Shown in pieces: positions 45,626-56,503 of a stretch of 64,000 nt of DNA. The translations under genes and the position numbers were made by a program. Numbering within the stretch: the stretch's first letter is position 1; every line of letters starts with the position of its first letter. A model generated the notes under the pieces. It was not told the DNA's origin and ran no database searches. It was given only the letters and a program-made list of their open reading frames with translations. The DNA is from Bacteroidales bacterium. Lineage in GTDB: Bacteria; Bacteroidota; Bacteroidia; Bacteroidales; UBA4417. Location of the stretch: positions 688,426 through 752,425 of the forward strand of contig OY762227.1 of assembly GCA_963665485.1 (NCBI GenBank), given 5' to 3'.

Positions 45626-47950
45626 TTACTTTTTACCACGTGGAACAAACTTCTTTTTAGACGGAGCCGGAGCCGCATCTCCCAGTTTAATACATTCTTC
45701 AAGGGTAAGTTGAGCAGGATCGGCGCCTTTCGGTATTTTGATGTTGTTTTTACCAATAGCAATATACGGGCCATACCGACCATTAAGGACAAGTACATCG
45801 GGGCGTTCAGGAAACGATTTAATAGTGCGGTTTGCAGCTTCGGCGCGTTTTGCCTCTATGAGTTCGATAGCGCGTTCAATTGTAATAGTCGCTGGATCAT
45901 CAGTACTTTTTAGCGAGCAGAATTTGGACTGATGTAGGACGTAAGGGCCAAAACGACCGATGGCAACCGTAATATCAGCATCTTCAAACTGACCGAGCAA
46001 GCGTGGAAAATCAAACAGTTTTATTGCTTCTTCCAGGGTAATGCTTTCAAGGGTCTGACCTTTTCGTAATCCCGCAAACTTTGGTTTATCAGGCGAATCA
46101 GTTTCACCAATCTGAGCAATCGCTCCATACCTTCCAAGTTTTACATAAATATTTATTCCGGTAGTGGGGTCTTTTCCGAGCAGTTTTTCACCTTTGGCTC
46201 TTTCACCGCTTTCCATGGTTTCGAGCACTTTTGCGTGAAACGGAGTGTAAAACTCACCTATCATCAGGTTCCATGCTTTCAGACCGTCAGCAATTTCATC
46301 AAATTCCTTTTCCACGCTGGCAGTAAAGTTGTAATCCATAATATCGTCGAAATACTGTTGCAGGAAACGGGTTACCAGTTCGCCTGTATCGGTTGGGAAG
46401 AGTTTCGCTTTTTCGAAACCAAACTTTTCGTGTTTTACAGTTTCCTTGATTTTCCCGTCCTTCAGCATAAGTTGTTTGATGTCGCGTGTATTTCCATCGC
46501 GATCTTCTTTTACAACATATTCGCGTTTTATGATGGTCGAAATAGTTGGTGCATAGGTTGAAGGACGTCCGATTCCGAGTTCTTCAAGTTTTTTGACAAG
46601 GCTGGCCTCTGTATAGCGAGGCTGGCTGGCAGTAAACTTCTGAACAGCCTCAATATGATGCATTCCGAGTTTTTCACCTTTTTTAACCGGAGGTAAAAGT
46701 CCTTCAGTCTGTTCGGTATCATCGTCGGTCGATTCCATATAAACTTTAAGGAATCCATCGAATTTAATTACTTCGCCCAGCGCGACAAATTGCTCTTTGC
46801 TGTTCGAAAGTTCGATGTTAATATTTGTTTTTTCCAGGATAGCATCGGCCATCTGGGAAGCGATGGTCCGTTTCCAGATCAGGTCGTAAAGTCGTTTCTG
46901 AGACGCGTCACCTTCAACAGTAACCTGGTTCATATAAGCAGGACGAATGGCTTCGTGAGCTTCCTGCGCGCCTTTGCTTTTGGTTGCAAACTGACGTGAT
47001 TTATGGTATTCAGGACCAAATTGCTTTGTAATTTCTTCTTTTGCCAATCCCAACGCGGTTTGCGAAAGATTAACAGAGTCGGTACGCATATAGGTAATTT
47101 TACCACTTTCGTAAAGTTGCTGGGCAACAGTCATGGTGCGACTTACCGAGAAACCCAGTTTGCGGCTTGCTTCCTGCTGTAAAGTAGAGGTGGTGAAAGG
47201 AGGCGCTGGTGAACGTTTGCCTGGTTTTTTATCAACATCAGAAACTGAAAATACTGCTTTGCTGCATAATGTAAGGAAATCACGGGCTTCTTCAAGCGTC
47301 GGGAATCTTTTAGGAAGATCGGCTTTAAACGTTGCGTTTCCTTTATCGTTATTTACTTCGAACACACCACTTACTTTGTAAGAAAATGTGGATTCGAATT
47401 TGCGGATATCTTCCTCGCGTTCAACAATAAGCCTTACAGCAACGCTTTGTACACGTCCTGCCGAAAGCGATGGTTTAACTTTTTTCCAAAGAATGGGTGA
47501 TAATTCAAAACCAACCAGCCTGTCGAGTACACGGCGGGCCTGTTGAGCGTTTACAAGGTTCTGATCAATTCTGCGCGGAGTTTTTATAGCTTCGGTGATG
47601 GCCGATTTTGTAATTTCATGAAATACAATCCTGTTTGTTTTTAACGGATCAAGGCTCAATACTTCGGCAAGGTGCCACGAAATCGCTTCTCCTTCGCGGT
47701 CCTCGTCAGTTGCGAGCCAGATGGTTTCACAACCATCAGCCAGTTTCTTCAGTTCAGTAATTACCTTTTTTTTGTCGGGCATTACTTCATACACAGGTTT
47801 AAACTGGTTATTAACCTCAATACCAAGATCTTTGGTTGCAAGATCGCGGACATGACCGAAACTGGATTTCACAATAAAATCCTTTCCAAGGTATCCTTCA
47901 ATGGTTTTGGCCTTAGCCGGTGACTCAACAATTACAAGATTTTTACTCAT
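45626..47950 (-). CDS. topA: DNA topoisomerase I
   Basis: TOPRIM N-terminus LVIVESPAKAKTIEGYLG and an active-site Tyr region; 774 aa. Confidence 0.95.
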   Translation of the reverse strand: MSKNLVIVESPAKAKTIEGYLGKDFIVKSSFGHVRDLATKDLGIEVNNQFKPVYEVMPDKKKVITELKKLADGCETIWLATDEDREGEAISWHLAEVLSLDPLKTNRIVFHEITKSAITEAIKTPRRIDQNLVNAQQARRVLDRLVGFELSPILWKKVKPSLSAGRVQSVAVRLIVEREEDIRKFESTFSYKVSGVFEVNNDKGNATFKADLPKRFPTLEEARDFLTLCSKAVFSVSDVDKKPGKRSPAPPFTTSTLQQEASRKLGFSVSRTMTVAQQLYESGKITYMRTDSVNLSQTALGLAKEEITKQFGPEYHKSRQFATKSKGAQEAHEAIRPAYMNQVTVEGDASQKRLYDLIWKRTIASQMADAILEKTNINIELSNSKEQFVALGEVIKFDGFLKVYMESTDDDTEQTEGLLPPVKKGEKLGMHHIEAVQKFTASQPRYTEASLVKKLEELGIGRPSTYAPTISTIIKREYVVKEDRDGNTRDIKQLMLKDGKIKETVKHEKFGFEKAKLFPTDTGELVTRFLQQYFDDIMDYNFTASVEKEFDEIADGLKAWNLMIGEFYTPFHAKVLETMESGERAKGEKLLGKDPTTGINIYVKLGRYGAIAQIGETDSPDKPKFAGLRKGQTLESITLEEAIKLFDFPRLLGQFEDADITVAIGRFGPYVLHQSKFCSLKSTDDPATITIERAIELIEAKRAEAANRTIKSFPERPDVLVLNGRYGPYIAIGKNNIKIPKGADPAQLTLEECIKLGDAAPAPSKKKFVPRGKK

Positions 47951-48146
47951 ATATTTAAAATTATTTCCGGAAAATCGGCTGCAAAGTAACGCAATAAAAT
48001 TACACCTGAGCTGACATTTTGTTATTTACACCTTATTATAATCATATTATATGCATAAAACAATGGATCATTTTATACATTTCTTTTTTTACTATATGTC
48101 TGATTAACTGATATTTATTGGCCGTAATTCGTGATTGAATTTGTTG

Positions 48147-48154
48147 TAATTTTG
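48147..48154 (+). promoter_or_regulatory. -7 box (TAATTTTG) for miaB
   Basis: Matches TAnnTTTG, 48 nt upstream of the GTG at 48202. Confidence 0.4.
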
Positions 48155-48201
48155 CATCCCCAAAAAAACTAAGTGTTTACCTTAATTTTCGGATTTATAC
48201 T

Positions 48202-49533
48202 GTGGAAAATAAAAAGAAAGCCTATATAGAGACCTACGGATGTCAGATGAATTTTTCGGATAGTGAGATTGTAGCATCTATACTTGAAACCCAGAATTAC
48301 GAATCAACAACTGACATAAAAGCTGCTGACCTGATTTTGCTGAATACCTGTTCGATACGCGACAACGCCGAGCAACGGGTGCGTAACCGCTTGAATGAAC
48401 TTCATGCTTTGAAACGTAAACATCCCGGCCTGGTTATTGGGTTGCTGGGTTGTATGGCTGAACGGCTGAAAGACAAGTTGCTTGAAGAAGAGCGACACAT
48501 CGACCTGATTGTTGGCCCCGACGGATACCGGCAGTTGCCTCAATTGCTTGAGCAGGTTGAAAGCGGACAAAAAGCAATTAACGTTCTACTTTCGGCAGAT
48601 GAAACCTATGCTGACATTAATCCTGTTCGTACAGGTGGAAGTGGTGTAACCGCATTTATCAGTATTATGCGTGGATGCGAAAATTTCTGTGCCTATTGTG
48701 TTGTGCCTTATACACGCGGAAAGGAACGCAGCCGCAATCCGCAAACAATTATTAAGGAAGCAAAGGAACTTTTTGAACAGGGATTTCGTGAGGTTACTCT
48801 GCTTGGACAAAATGTAAACTCTTACCATGGGGAAGAAAATGGGAAACCTATTGATTTTCCCGCGTTGCTGGAGCAAGTAGCTTCGATAAACCCTTTGCTT
48901 CGCGTTCGATTCGCCACCTCGCACCCAAAAGATATTTCGGACAATTTGCTTGAAGTTATTGCCGCAAACGAAAATATCTGCAAATCAATACATCTTCCGA
49001 TACAGTCGGGCAGCACAAAAATGCTGGGAATGATGAAACGCAGCTATACCCGCGACTGGTATATGGATCGGATTGCAGCAATCCGAAGGATTGTTCCCGG
49101 ATGTGCTATTACGACTGATATTATTGCCGGTTTCTGTTCCGAAACAGAGGAAGACCACCAGGAAACTATTTCGGCCATGCGCGAAGTGGGATATGATTAT
49201 GCTTATATGTTCAAGTATTCGGAGCGCCCTAATACCATTGCGGCCAAAAAATATCCCGACGATGTTCCCGAAGATGTGAAAAGTCGCCGCCTTGAAGAGA
49301 TAATTTCTTTACAACAGCAACTCTCACTGAAAAGTAATAAACTCGAAATCGGTAAAGAATATGAAGTATTAGCCGAAGGGGTATCGAAGCGCTCAGAACA
49401 GCAACTTTTTGGCCGGACAAGCCAGAACAAAGTGGTTGTTTTTCCCCGTGATTCTTATAATCCGGGCGATTACGTAAAAGTTAAAATTCTGTCGTGCACA
49501 GCTGCAACTTTAAAAGGTGAACTTGTAAAATAA
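48202..49533 (+). CDS. miaB: tRNA-2-methylthio-N6-dimethylallyladenosine synthase
   Basis: N-terminal UPF0004 Cys residues (YGCQMN...NTCSIR), a radical-SAM motif GCENFCAYCVVPYTRG and a C-terminal TRAM domain. Confidence 0.92.
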   Translation: MENKKKAYIETYGCQMNFSDSEIVASILETQNYESTTDIKAADLILLNTCSIRDNAEQRVRNRLNELHALKRKHPGLVIGLLGCMAERLKDKLLEEERHIDLIVGPDGYRQLPQLLEQVESGQKAINVLLSADETYADINPVRTGGSGVTAFISIMRGCENFCAYCVVPYTRGKERSRNPQTIIKEAKELFEQGFREVTLLGQNVNSYHGEENGKPIDFPALLEQVASINPLLRVRFATSHPKDISDNLLEVIAANENICKSIHLPIQSGSTKMLGMMKRSYTRDWYMDRIAAIRRIVPGCAITTDIIAGFCSETEEDHQETISAMREVGYDYAYMFKYSERPNTIAAKKYPDDVPEDVKSRRLEEIISLQQQLSLKSNKLEIGKEYEVLAEGVSKRSEQQLFGRTSQNKVVVFPRDSYNPGDYVKVKILSCTAATLKGELVK

Positions 49534-49591
49534 GTAAATTGCAGTGTAAACAAAGCACTATTTACATGTAAATATTTAAGTTAATTTATTA

Positions 49592-49599
49592 TATCTTTG
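49592..49599 (+). promoter_or_regulatory. -7 box (TATCTTTG) for the polysaccharide-export gene pair
   Basis: Matches TAnnTTTG, 44 nt upstream of the ATG at 49643. Confidence 0.45.
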
Positions 49600-49642
49600 C
49601 TGCATTGTGATCTGAATTTAATACTCTGATAAAATTATACTT

Positions 49643-50431
49643 ATGAATTCCAAGCTTGTTGAATTTAAGCTTCTCTTTTTATTGATCATCAGCCTGGCTA
49701 TGATTTCTTGCGTGCCACAGGCCAAAATGAAGTATCTTCAAACTAAAGAAGGTGACTCCATTGTGAGTGAATTTAAAAATATTAAACCGGATTACAAGCT
49801 TAAACCTGGTGATTATCTGTATATACGTGTTCTCACCCTCGACCAGAAAAGCAATGAGTTATTTGCATCCATGAACGGTTCCGGAGGAACAAACGGATAT
49901 ACGAATACTACCGATCAGAGTCTTTACCTTACCAGTTACCTTGTAAATGATTCAGGGTTCATCTCTTTCCCGCTATTGGGAAATATCCCAGCTGCCGGTC
50001 ATACCGTGAACGAAATGAAACAAAGTCTGAATAAGATGGTTTCTGAAATAATCCGTGAATCGAGTGTTGTTGTTAAACTCGTTCTTTTCGACATTTCAGT
50101 ACTCGGTGAAGTTAAAAACCCGGGTAAATTCTCAGTAAACAAAGATCATATTAACATTTTTGAGGCGCTTTCACTGGCCAACGACATCACCGCATTTGGC
50201 AATCGCACCAAAGTACAGATAATCCGCGCTGATCTGAACAAGAATAAAATTGTTACAATTGATCTGTTGAGTAAAGATATTCTGTCCTCCCCCTATTACT
50301 ACCTTCAACCAAATGATATAGTATATGTTGAGCCTATGAAAGAAAAGGCTTACGCATTCGAAACCTTCCCGTATGGCCTGGTGTATTCAACCATAGGATT
50401 AGTACTTGTTATCTTAACCTTCTTCAAATAA
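49643..50431 (+). CDS. Wza-like polysaccharide export protein (Poly_export + SLBB)
   Basis: Signal/lipobox-like ISC, then KLKPGDYLYIRV and VLGEVKNPGKF motifs. Its stop overlaps the start of the next gene. Confidence 0.8.
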   Translation: MNSKLVEFKLLFLLIISLAMISCVPQAKMKYLQTKEGDSIVSEFKNIKPDYKLKPGDYLYIRVLTLDQKSNELFASMNGSGGTNGYTNTTDQSLYLTSYLVNDSGFISFPLLGNIPAAGHTVNEMKQSLNKMVSEIIRESSVVVKLVLFDISVLGEVKNPGKFSVNKDHINIFEALSLANDITAFGNRTKVQIIRADLNKNKIVTIDLLSKDILSSPYYYLQPNDIVYVEPMKEKAYAFETFPYGLVYSTIGLVLVILTFFK

Positions 50432-52914
50432 TGGATTACAATTCCCCCAATTATACCGAAATGCAGCAGGAGCAGTCTGTTGACATCAAAGCCCTGTACT
50501 ACAAATTTCTGAGCTACTGGTATTTGTTTTTTATCACTATTGTTCTGGTTATGCTTATTGCATTTCTGTTCAATAAATACACAGAGCCGGTATATAAAGT
50601 TAAAACAACTGTTCTGATCACTGAAGAAAAAGGTGGGCTGAGTGACGCTCAATCGCTTTTGGGATTCGGCAACATCACCAATACTCAGAAACTACAAAAC
50701 CAGATTGGGGTTTTGAAATCACGTTCACTTGTTTCGCGTACCTTAAAATCTTTGAATTTTAATGTCTCCTGCTTTAAAGAAGACAATTTCATTACATCTG
50801 AAGTGTATAATGAATCGCCTTTCGAAGTAATTCTCGACACATCGCGCCTTCAGCCGGTAGGGAATGTGAAATTTTATGTAACCATACTTTCGGATAATGA
50901 ATACAGGCTTGAAGCGGATGGACAAGACCTGACGCTATACAATTTCAATGGTTTCCACGAAACTGATAAAAAAATCACCTCACTTAAATACGACAAAAAG
51001 CACACTTTCGGAGAACAATTATCCACAAAGGAGTTTGCCTTCCGGGTTGTAAAAACCGCAAAATACGATTCGAAAACGTCTCAGAACCAACGTTACTATT
51101 TTGTTTTCAACTCATTAAACGCGATGATATCCCAATTTTCGGGTTACGAAATTGAGCCCATAAACAAGGAAGCATCAATTGTTGAAATCGCTTTAAAAGG
51201 CAGCAATTCTCAAAAAGCCGTCGATTTCCTCAACCGGCTTTCGATGGAATATATCAGGCAAGGCCTCGAAAAGAAGAATCAGATTGCTATAAATACCATT
51301 ATTTTTATTGACGGACAATTAGGAGAAATCCGCGATTCGCTCAATACCAACGAAAATGTGCTGCAAAACTTCCGCACAAGCAATCAGATCATGAATCTTG
51401 ATGCCCAATCGCAGCAGGTGTATACCAGCATAACCGAACTTGAAAAAACCAAAGCGGAATTACTCGTTAAAGCAAAATACTACAACAACTTAAAGGAGTA
51501 TATCCAAAAGAATAAAGACGACATAAACGATGTTGTTGTTCCATCGGCAATGGGTATTGAAGATCCTGTAATGACGCAGATACTGACCCAGTTACAGCAA
51601 TTATATGCCGAAAAATCTGAACGCCTGCTCACTGCAAAGCCCAACAATCCTATGATTCAGGCTATGGATCAGAAAATCAGCAACACCAAAAGAGCGCTTA
51701 CCGAAAGTATTACCAATATTGTAAAAACATCGGATATCAGTATTAAGGATATTGATGGCAGGATTGACGCACTCTCCGGATTTTTCCGCAACCTGCCTGC
51801 CACGCAGCGCCAATTGCTGGGTATTGAGCGCAAATACAAACTCAATGATGCGATTTATACCTACCTGTTGCAGAAAAGGTCTGAAGCAGCCATTACAAAA
51901 GCAAGTAATACTCCTGATAACGAAATTGTAGATTTGGCAGATCCTGTTGTTCAGGAAAAGGTGTTTCCCAAAACGAGTCTCAATTATACCATTGCATTTA
52001 TACTTGGGCTGATTATCCCCTTGCTTTACATCCTGGGTAAGGACTATCTGAACGATAGGGTCGTTAATAAAAATGATATTGAAAAACACACGAATCTTCC
52101 GGTAATAGGTCATGTTCTGCATAACAAACATGAAAGCAATATCGTAGCTTACACTTCGCCTAAATCGGCCATTTCCGAATCATTCAGGGCCTTGCGAACT
52201 AACCTGCAATATATGACACATGGAAAAGATAAGTTTACAATACTTATCACAAGTACCAGTGTTAGCGAGGGTAAGACATTTACATCCATGAACCTTGCCT
52301 GTATATATGCGCAATTCGACCGTAAAACATTACTGATGGGATATGACTTGCGTAAACCAAAAATTTACCAGGACTTTGGACTGAAAAATACTGTTGGAAT
52401 CACTTCGTACCTTATCGGTAAAAATACACTCGAAGAAATCATTCAGAAATCACCTGTTCCCAACCTCGATATTATATCAGCAGGACCTGTTCCGCCAAAC
52501 CCGGCAGAACTTATTGCTTCACCTCTGAATGTAAAATTGCTGACTGAACTTAAGGAAATATACGATTACATAATTATTGACACACCACCGGTAGGCATTG
52601 TAACTGATGCATTCCTGCTGATTCCTTATACCGATGCCAACATTCTTTTGGTTCGCCAGAATCTGACCAATAAAAAAGTATTTGAATCAATCGCCGGTGA
52701 TTTTGAAAAACGGAACGTGCCCAACACTACTGTATTGGTTAATGATGTGAAGCCTGACAGGTCAGGTGCCGGTTATGGATACGGTTATGGATACGGTTAT
52801 GGTTATGGTTACGGATATGGTTATGGCCATGGTTATGGCTATGGTTATTACTCTGACGATGCCAAGAAAGAAGATGATGCATCTATGTTCAAGAAACTTT
52901 TCACCAAATCATAA
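50431..52914 (+). CDS. Wzc-like polysaccharide co-polymerase / BY-tyrosine autokinase
   Basis: Two TM helices flank a large Wzz/GNVR-type domain. The C-terminal part has the P-loop TSTSVSEGKT, Walker B IIIDTPP and a Gly-Tyr tail. Confidence 0.85.
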   Translation: MDYNSPNYTEMQQEQSVDIKALYYKFLSYWYLFFITIVLVMLIAFLFNKYTEPVYKVKTTVLITEEKGGLSDAQSLLGFGNITNTQKLQNQIGVLKSRSLVSRTLKSLNFNVSCFKEDNFITSEVYNESPFEVILDTSRLQPVGNVKFYVTILSDNEYRLEADGQDLTLYNFNGFHETDKKITSLKYDKKHTFGEQLSTKEFAFRVVKTAKYDSKTSQNQRYYFVFNSLNAMISQFSGYEIEPINKEASIVEIALKGSNSQKAVDFLNRLSMEYIRQGLEKKNQIAINTIIFIDGQLGEIRDSLNTNENVLQNFRTSNQIMNLDAQSQQVYTSITELEKTKAELLVKAKYYNNLKEYIQKNKDDINDVVVPSAMGIEDPVMTQILTQLQQLYAEKSERLLTAKPNNPMIQAMDQKISNTKRALTESITNIVKTSDISIKDIDGRIDALSGFFRNLPATQRQLLGIERKYKLNDAIYTYLLQKRSEAAITKASNTPDNEIVDLADPVVQEKVFPKTSLNYTIAFILGLIIPLLYILGKDYLNDRVVNKNDIEKHTNLPVIGHVLHNKHESNIVAYTSPKSAISESFRALRTNLQYMTHGKDKFTILITSTSVSEGKTFTSMNLACIYAQFDRKTLLMGYDLRKPKIYQDFGLKNTVGITSYLIGKNTLEEIIQKSPVPNLDIISAGPVPPNPAELIASPLNVKLLTELKEIYDYIIIDTPPVGIVTDAFLLIPYTDANILLVRQNLTNKKVFESIAGDFEKRNVPNTTVLVNDVKPDRSGAGYGYGYGYGYGYGYGYGYGHGYGYGYYSDDAKKEDDASMFKKLFTKS
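52771..52851 (+). repeat. Coding (GGN-TAY)n repeat giving the GY-rich tail of the Wzc-like kinase
   Basis: 27 codons encode nine GY, one GH, three GY and a final Y. The first 24 nt are an exact 12-nt duplication (ggttatggatac x2). Confidence 0.9.
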
Positions 52915-52970
52915 TCCTGAATTTGTGTTCGCATAAAACAGAGTAACATATTCAGTTTCAATTATACTAA

Positions 52971-52995
52971 GAGGGACGGCTATTAACCGTCCCTC
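52971..52995. terminator. Bidirectional terminator between convergent genes
   Basis: GAGGGACGG-ctattaa-CCGTCCCTC hairpin followed by a T-rich tail. Confidence 0.6.
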
Positions 52996-53017
52996 ATTAT
53001 TTTTGCATAGTTTCATT

Positions 53018-56000
53018 CTACTTGAACGCTTTCTCTAACAATCCGTCACCACTCAGTTTGAGCCTGTCGAAATAGCCAGGAACTTCTTTACCTATTAGTT
53101 TATCCACATAAATTTTTGCCAGGTATTGTCCGAGCATAAATCCTTGTCCGCGGAATCCAACAAACAGTCCAAGATCAGGATCAAGGATCATTCGGGGCTC
53201 AACATAATACCCTGCCCATACAGCCTGGAAACCTACCGATGAGAGTTGCGGCAACCAATCCACGAAAACTTCAGAAACTATTTCAAGAAATTCCTTCGAA
53301 TTGATTTTCAGATTTTTGTCCACTTCCATTGGCTCAACCAGCGGAGAAGCGCAGCCTATAATCTGGCCAGTTTCACCTAATTGCTGACCATAAACAGCAG
53401 AAAATCCTTTGTATTTACGCCGGTCAATAAGCATATCAAGCGGCTGACCGTTAATACCCATGTTGGGCAATCTTCGTGTAATAAATGCCTGGTGTTTTAC
53501 AGGATACAAGCCGGTTTCAATGCCAAGCTGCTTCGAAAACTTATCCGCTTCAGGGCCTAATGAATTTACAAAATGCGGGGTATGGAACTCAACATATTGC
53601 TTTTCGTGATCCCGGGCCAGAACGATATATTTTCCATTTTCTTTCCTGACATCAATAAGCTGGCAATCCTCATAAATCCTACCTCCTTTTTCAACCCCGA
53701 TACGCCGGATAAGGTCGATAACGCGTCCCGGAGTAGCCTGCCAGCAATCGCGTGTTATTTGGGCTGCCTGGTAGTGCTTACCAAGGTTTGGATTCAGGTT
53801 CGGTGAAATTTCCTTTTGATAATCTTTTGGATCGACCATATATGAATCCGACCAGGAACGGGAATCATCCAATGCCTTATAGGTAGCGTCATCATGAGCA
53901 AAAGTTACATAACGGGTCGAAAGGAAATTGATATCACGGATTTTCTGAAGGTCCTTGAAAATTTCCAGGTTGTGCCTTGCTATATCAGCAATTTCCGGCA
54001 AACTGAATGCCGGTCTGCCGCCCGCTATATTCCGCCACGAAGCGCCACGACCAAAGTTGATTAACGAGGGTTTCAGGCCAGCCTCGGACATATAACGGAA
54101 CAATGCACTTCCGCCAATTCCCCCGCCGGCAATCAGGGCCTGAACTTCCACGATGCGGGCTTTACTCTTGCTGTTGTTGATAATGATATTTTCGCGGACA
54201 TTTTTAGGAAATAATTCACCCATGGCAAGCTGGTTGCTCAATGGCCCGCGAGGAGTAGCATCGCCGACAACACTGATTCCTTTGTTACGCAAAACCTGCT
54301 TCAGTCTGCGAATGCAACGCTTTCCGCGACATGCTCCCATTCCAAGCCTGGTGGTATGCTTTATTTCGTCAACCGAAATAAACTTCCGGTCACCAATGGT
54401 AGTTACAATTTCACCCAGGGTTACATCATCGCAATGGCAAACATACATTTCATGCTCGCTGGCGTATTCGGTTGGCAGCATTACAACCGGCTCAGGATAA
54501 CTTTTCTTTATAATAAAACCGCGAACATCCAGTAATGCTTCCCCATGAATATCCAAAGATTTTACCCGGGCAATATTTGTCTTATTGGGTTTTTTCAGAA
54601 TTTTTTCAATGATACCGTTGCCAAGCTTTTTGCCTTGATTATCGACCAGATAAACTTCCTGTTTTTCGTCGGCAAAATACTCAATAGGCAGGAAAAGCCA
54701 GTCTTTTTTAGGCGCATAGCCAAAAATAGCCAGGCCCGGACATTGATAAACGCAATCCATACAACCAACACATTTGTCGAAATCCAATTGCGGAACAGTG
54801 CTGGTCGAAGTTTTGGTAATAGCTCCGTGCGGACAGGCAAACTCGCAGGGATTACAAGCAAATCCATACAAACAGTCAATCTGCACAAATGGCTTTTCGT
54901 TGAATCGTTCTGTTGTGGGTTTATAGGGTTCCTGGATTACGCGAAGCGGATGTTGCTGTGAATCAATATACTCCTTCGAAACGTTCAGGTATTTGTCATA
55001 ATCAACATTTTCACCCATATCCTGGAGTATCTCAAAAGCAACCTGGTTGCCTCGCAACACGGCACTTGTTCCTTCTCCAATTCGAATTGCATCACCGGCG
55101 CCGTAACAATTACGACCGAAAATTTCGTTTCCTTTTATAATCAGCTGATCATCAGCCACTAAACCAGTGCAAATATTAATTACATCAATGCCGTCAATTA
55201 TTTTCTCAGTTCCCGGAACAGCTTCAAAGTTTTTGCATTCGGCAACTACTGCACCAATAATCCCGGTGTTGTCTTCGTTAGGCAATGCTTTTAACAGGAT
55301 GTGCGATGTCATTACCGGAATCCCTAAACGGCGTACACGGTTTGCCTGAACCGGAAATCCGCCTTCATTAGCTTGTGCTTCAATGATAGCTTTCACTTCG
55401 GCACCTGCCTGCATCAATTGATATGAAGTTAGATATCCAATATTTCCGGCTCCTACTGTCAGAACTTTTTTCCCAAGTAGCGTCAGCTCATTGTTCATCA
55501 TTTTCTGAACAACGGCAGCGGTATAAACACCTGGCAAATCATCATTTTCGAATGTCGGCATAAACGGAACCGCGCCAGTAGCCACAACTAAGTATTCAGC
55601 ATCTACATAATAGATTTCGTCGGTTAATACATTCTTTACAGCAATACGTTTGCCTTCGAGCAAATCCCAAACGGTACTGTTGAGGAAAATGCCTTCGTGG
55701 CTGTCGCCTGCCAGTGTTTTTGCAATATCAAATCCACGCATTCCACCAAATTTCTTCTCTTTTTCAAAAAAGAAAAATTGATGAGTCTGCATTAAAAACT
55801 GACCTCCGATTTTATCATTGTTATCGATTACGATGGTATCGATTCCTTGTTTCAATAATTCTTCGCGGCATGCCAATCCGGCAGGACCGGCACCAATAAT
55901 GGCAACCGTGGTTTTGTACACATCCACAGGTTTTTCGGTATTAACTTCCCGCGCTTCCGGCGAATAATCGTGAGGAATTTCACTTACCTCTTTAACATTA

Positions 56001-56254
56001 TCCACCTTGGTGATGCATATACGACGGATTTGCCCGTCGACAAGCATTTCGCAGGCACCGCATTTGCCTATACCACATTCAAGACTGCGCTCCCGATTCG
56101 ACAAACTGTGGCTATGAACCGGAAACCCGGCCTGGTGCAATGCAGCAGCGATAGTGAAACCTTTTTCACCGGTAACTACAGTTCCTTCGTACTGAAAGTT
56201 AATCTTTTCGGTTACAGGTACTTCCAGAATAGGATGTTCAATAATTTTATTCAT
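53018..56254 (-). CDS. Multi-domain flavo-iron-sulfur oxidoreductase, fused in the order 2Fe-2S (Fer2_4) / NAD(FAD) pyridine-nucleotide reductase / 4Fe-4S / BFD-like 2Fe-2S / DAO-type FAD oxidase
   Basis: Domain signatures in order:
- 2Fe-2S: CGIGKCGACEM (aa 60-70)
- reductase: IIGAGPAG (119-126) and VGAGNIG (266-272)
- 4Fe-4S: C461-x5-C-x2-C-x3-CP plus CVGCMDCVYQCP (495-506)
- BFD-like: CHCDD...GMGACRGKRC (606-647)
- DAO-like C-terminal ~380 aa: IAGGGIGGS (708-716). Confidence 0.8.
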   Translation of the reverse strand: MNKIIEHPILEVPVTEKINFQYEGTVVTGEKGFTIAAALHQAGFPVHSHSLSNRERSLECGIGKCGACEMLVDGQIRRICITKVDNVKEVSEIPHDYSPEAREVNTEKPVDVYKTTVAIIGAGPAGLACREELLKQGIDTIVIDNNDKIGGQFLMQTHQFFFFEKEKKFGGMRGFDIAKTLAGDSHEGIFLNSTVWDLLEGKRIAVKNVLTDEIYYVDAEYLVVATGAVPFMPTFENDDLPGVYTAAVVQKMMNNELTLLGKKVLTVGAGNIGYLTSYQLMQAGAEVKAIIEAQANEGGFPVQANRVRRLGIPVMTSHILLKALPNEDNTGIIGAVVAECKNFEAVPGTEKIIDGIDVINICTGLVADDQLIIKGNEIFGRNCYGAGDAIRIGEGTSAVLRGNQVAFEILQDMGENVDYDKYLNVSKEYIDSQQHPLRVIQEPYKPTTERFNEKPFVQIDCLYGFACNPCEFACPHGAITKTSTSTVPQLDFDKCVGCMDCVYQCPGLAIFGYAPKKDWLFLPIEYFADEKQEVYLVDNQGKKLGNGIIEKILKKPNKTNIARVKSLDIHGEALLDVRGFIIKKSYPEPVVMLPTEYASEHEMYVCHCDDVTLGEIVTTIGDRKFISVDEIKHTTRLGMGACRGKRCIRRLKQVLRNKGISVVGDATPRGPLSNQLAMGELFPKNVRENIIINNSKSKARIVEVQALIAGGGIGGSALFRYMSEAGLKPSLINFGRGASWRNIAGGRPAFSLPEIADIARHNLEIFKDLQKIRDINFLSTRYVTFAHDDATYKALDDSRSWSDSYMVDPKDYQKEISPNLNPNLGKHYQAAQITRDCWQATPGRVIDLIRRIGVEKGGRIYEDCQLIDVRKENGKYIVLARDHEKQYVEFHTPHFVNSLGPEADKFSKQLGIETGLYPVKHQAFITRRLPNMGINGQPLDMLIDRRKYKGFSAVYGQQLGETGQIIGCASPLVEPMEVDKNLKINSKEFLEIVSEVFVDWLPQLSSVGFQAVWAGYYVEPRMILDPDLGLFVGFRGQGFMLGQYLAKIYVDKLIGKEVPGYFDRLKLSGDGLLEKAFK

Positions 56255-56464
56255 CTTAGTACAAAAAATATTATTTAATCAATCACGTGCCTAAGTGATT
56301 CACGGAGCAAAATTATATTTTTTTATCCAGCCGCTATCCACCATACAGGTAATTTAGAAAGAGTATTATTAACAGGAGTCAGGATAAAGAAATTAGGTTT
56401 TAATCATTGCAGAAAACAAAAAATTACGTGCGAAAAATGTTTATATGTCTGAGCTAATTATATG

Positions 56465-56472
56465 TATTTTTG
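56465..56472 (+). promoter_or_regulatory. -7 box (TATTTTTG) for the EFR1-like ferredoxin gene
   Basis: Matches TAnnTTTG, 32 nt upstream of the ATG at 56504. Confidence 0.4.
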
Positions 56473-56503
56473 ATTCGGACTGTGAGGTATAACAAGTTTA
56501 CTA

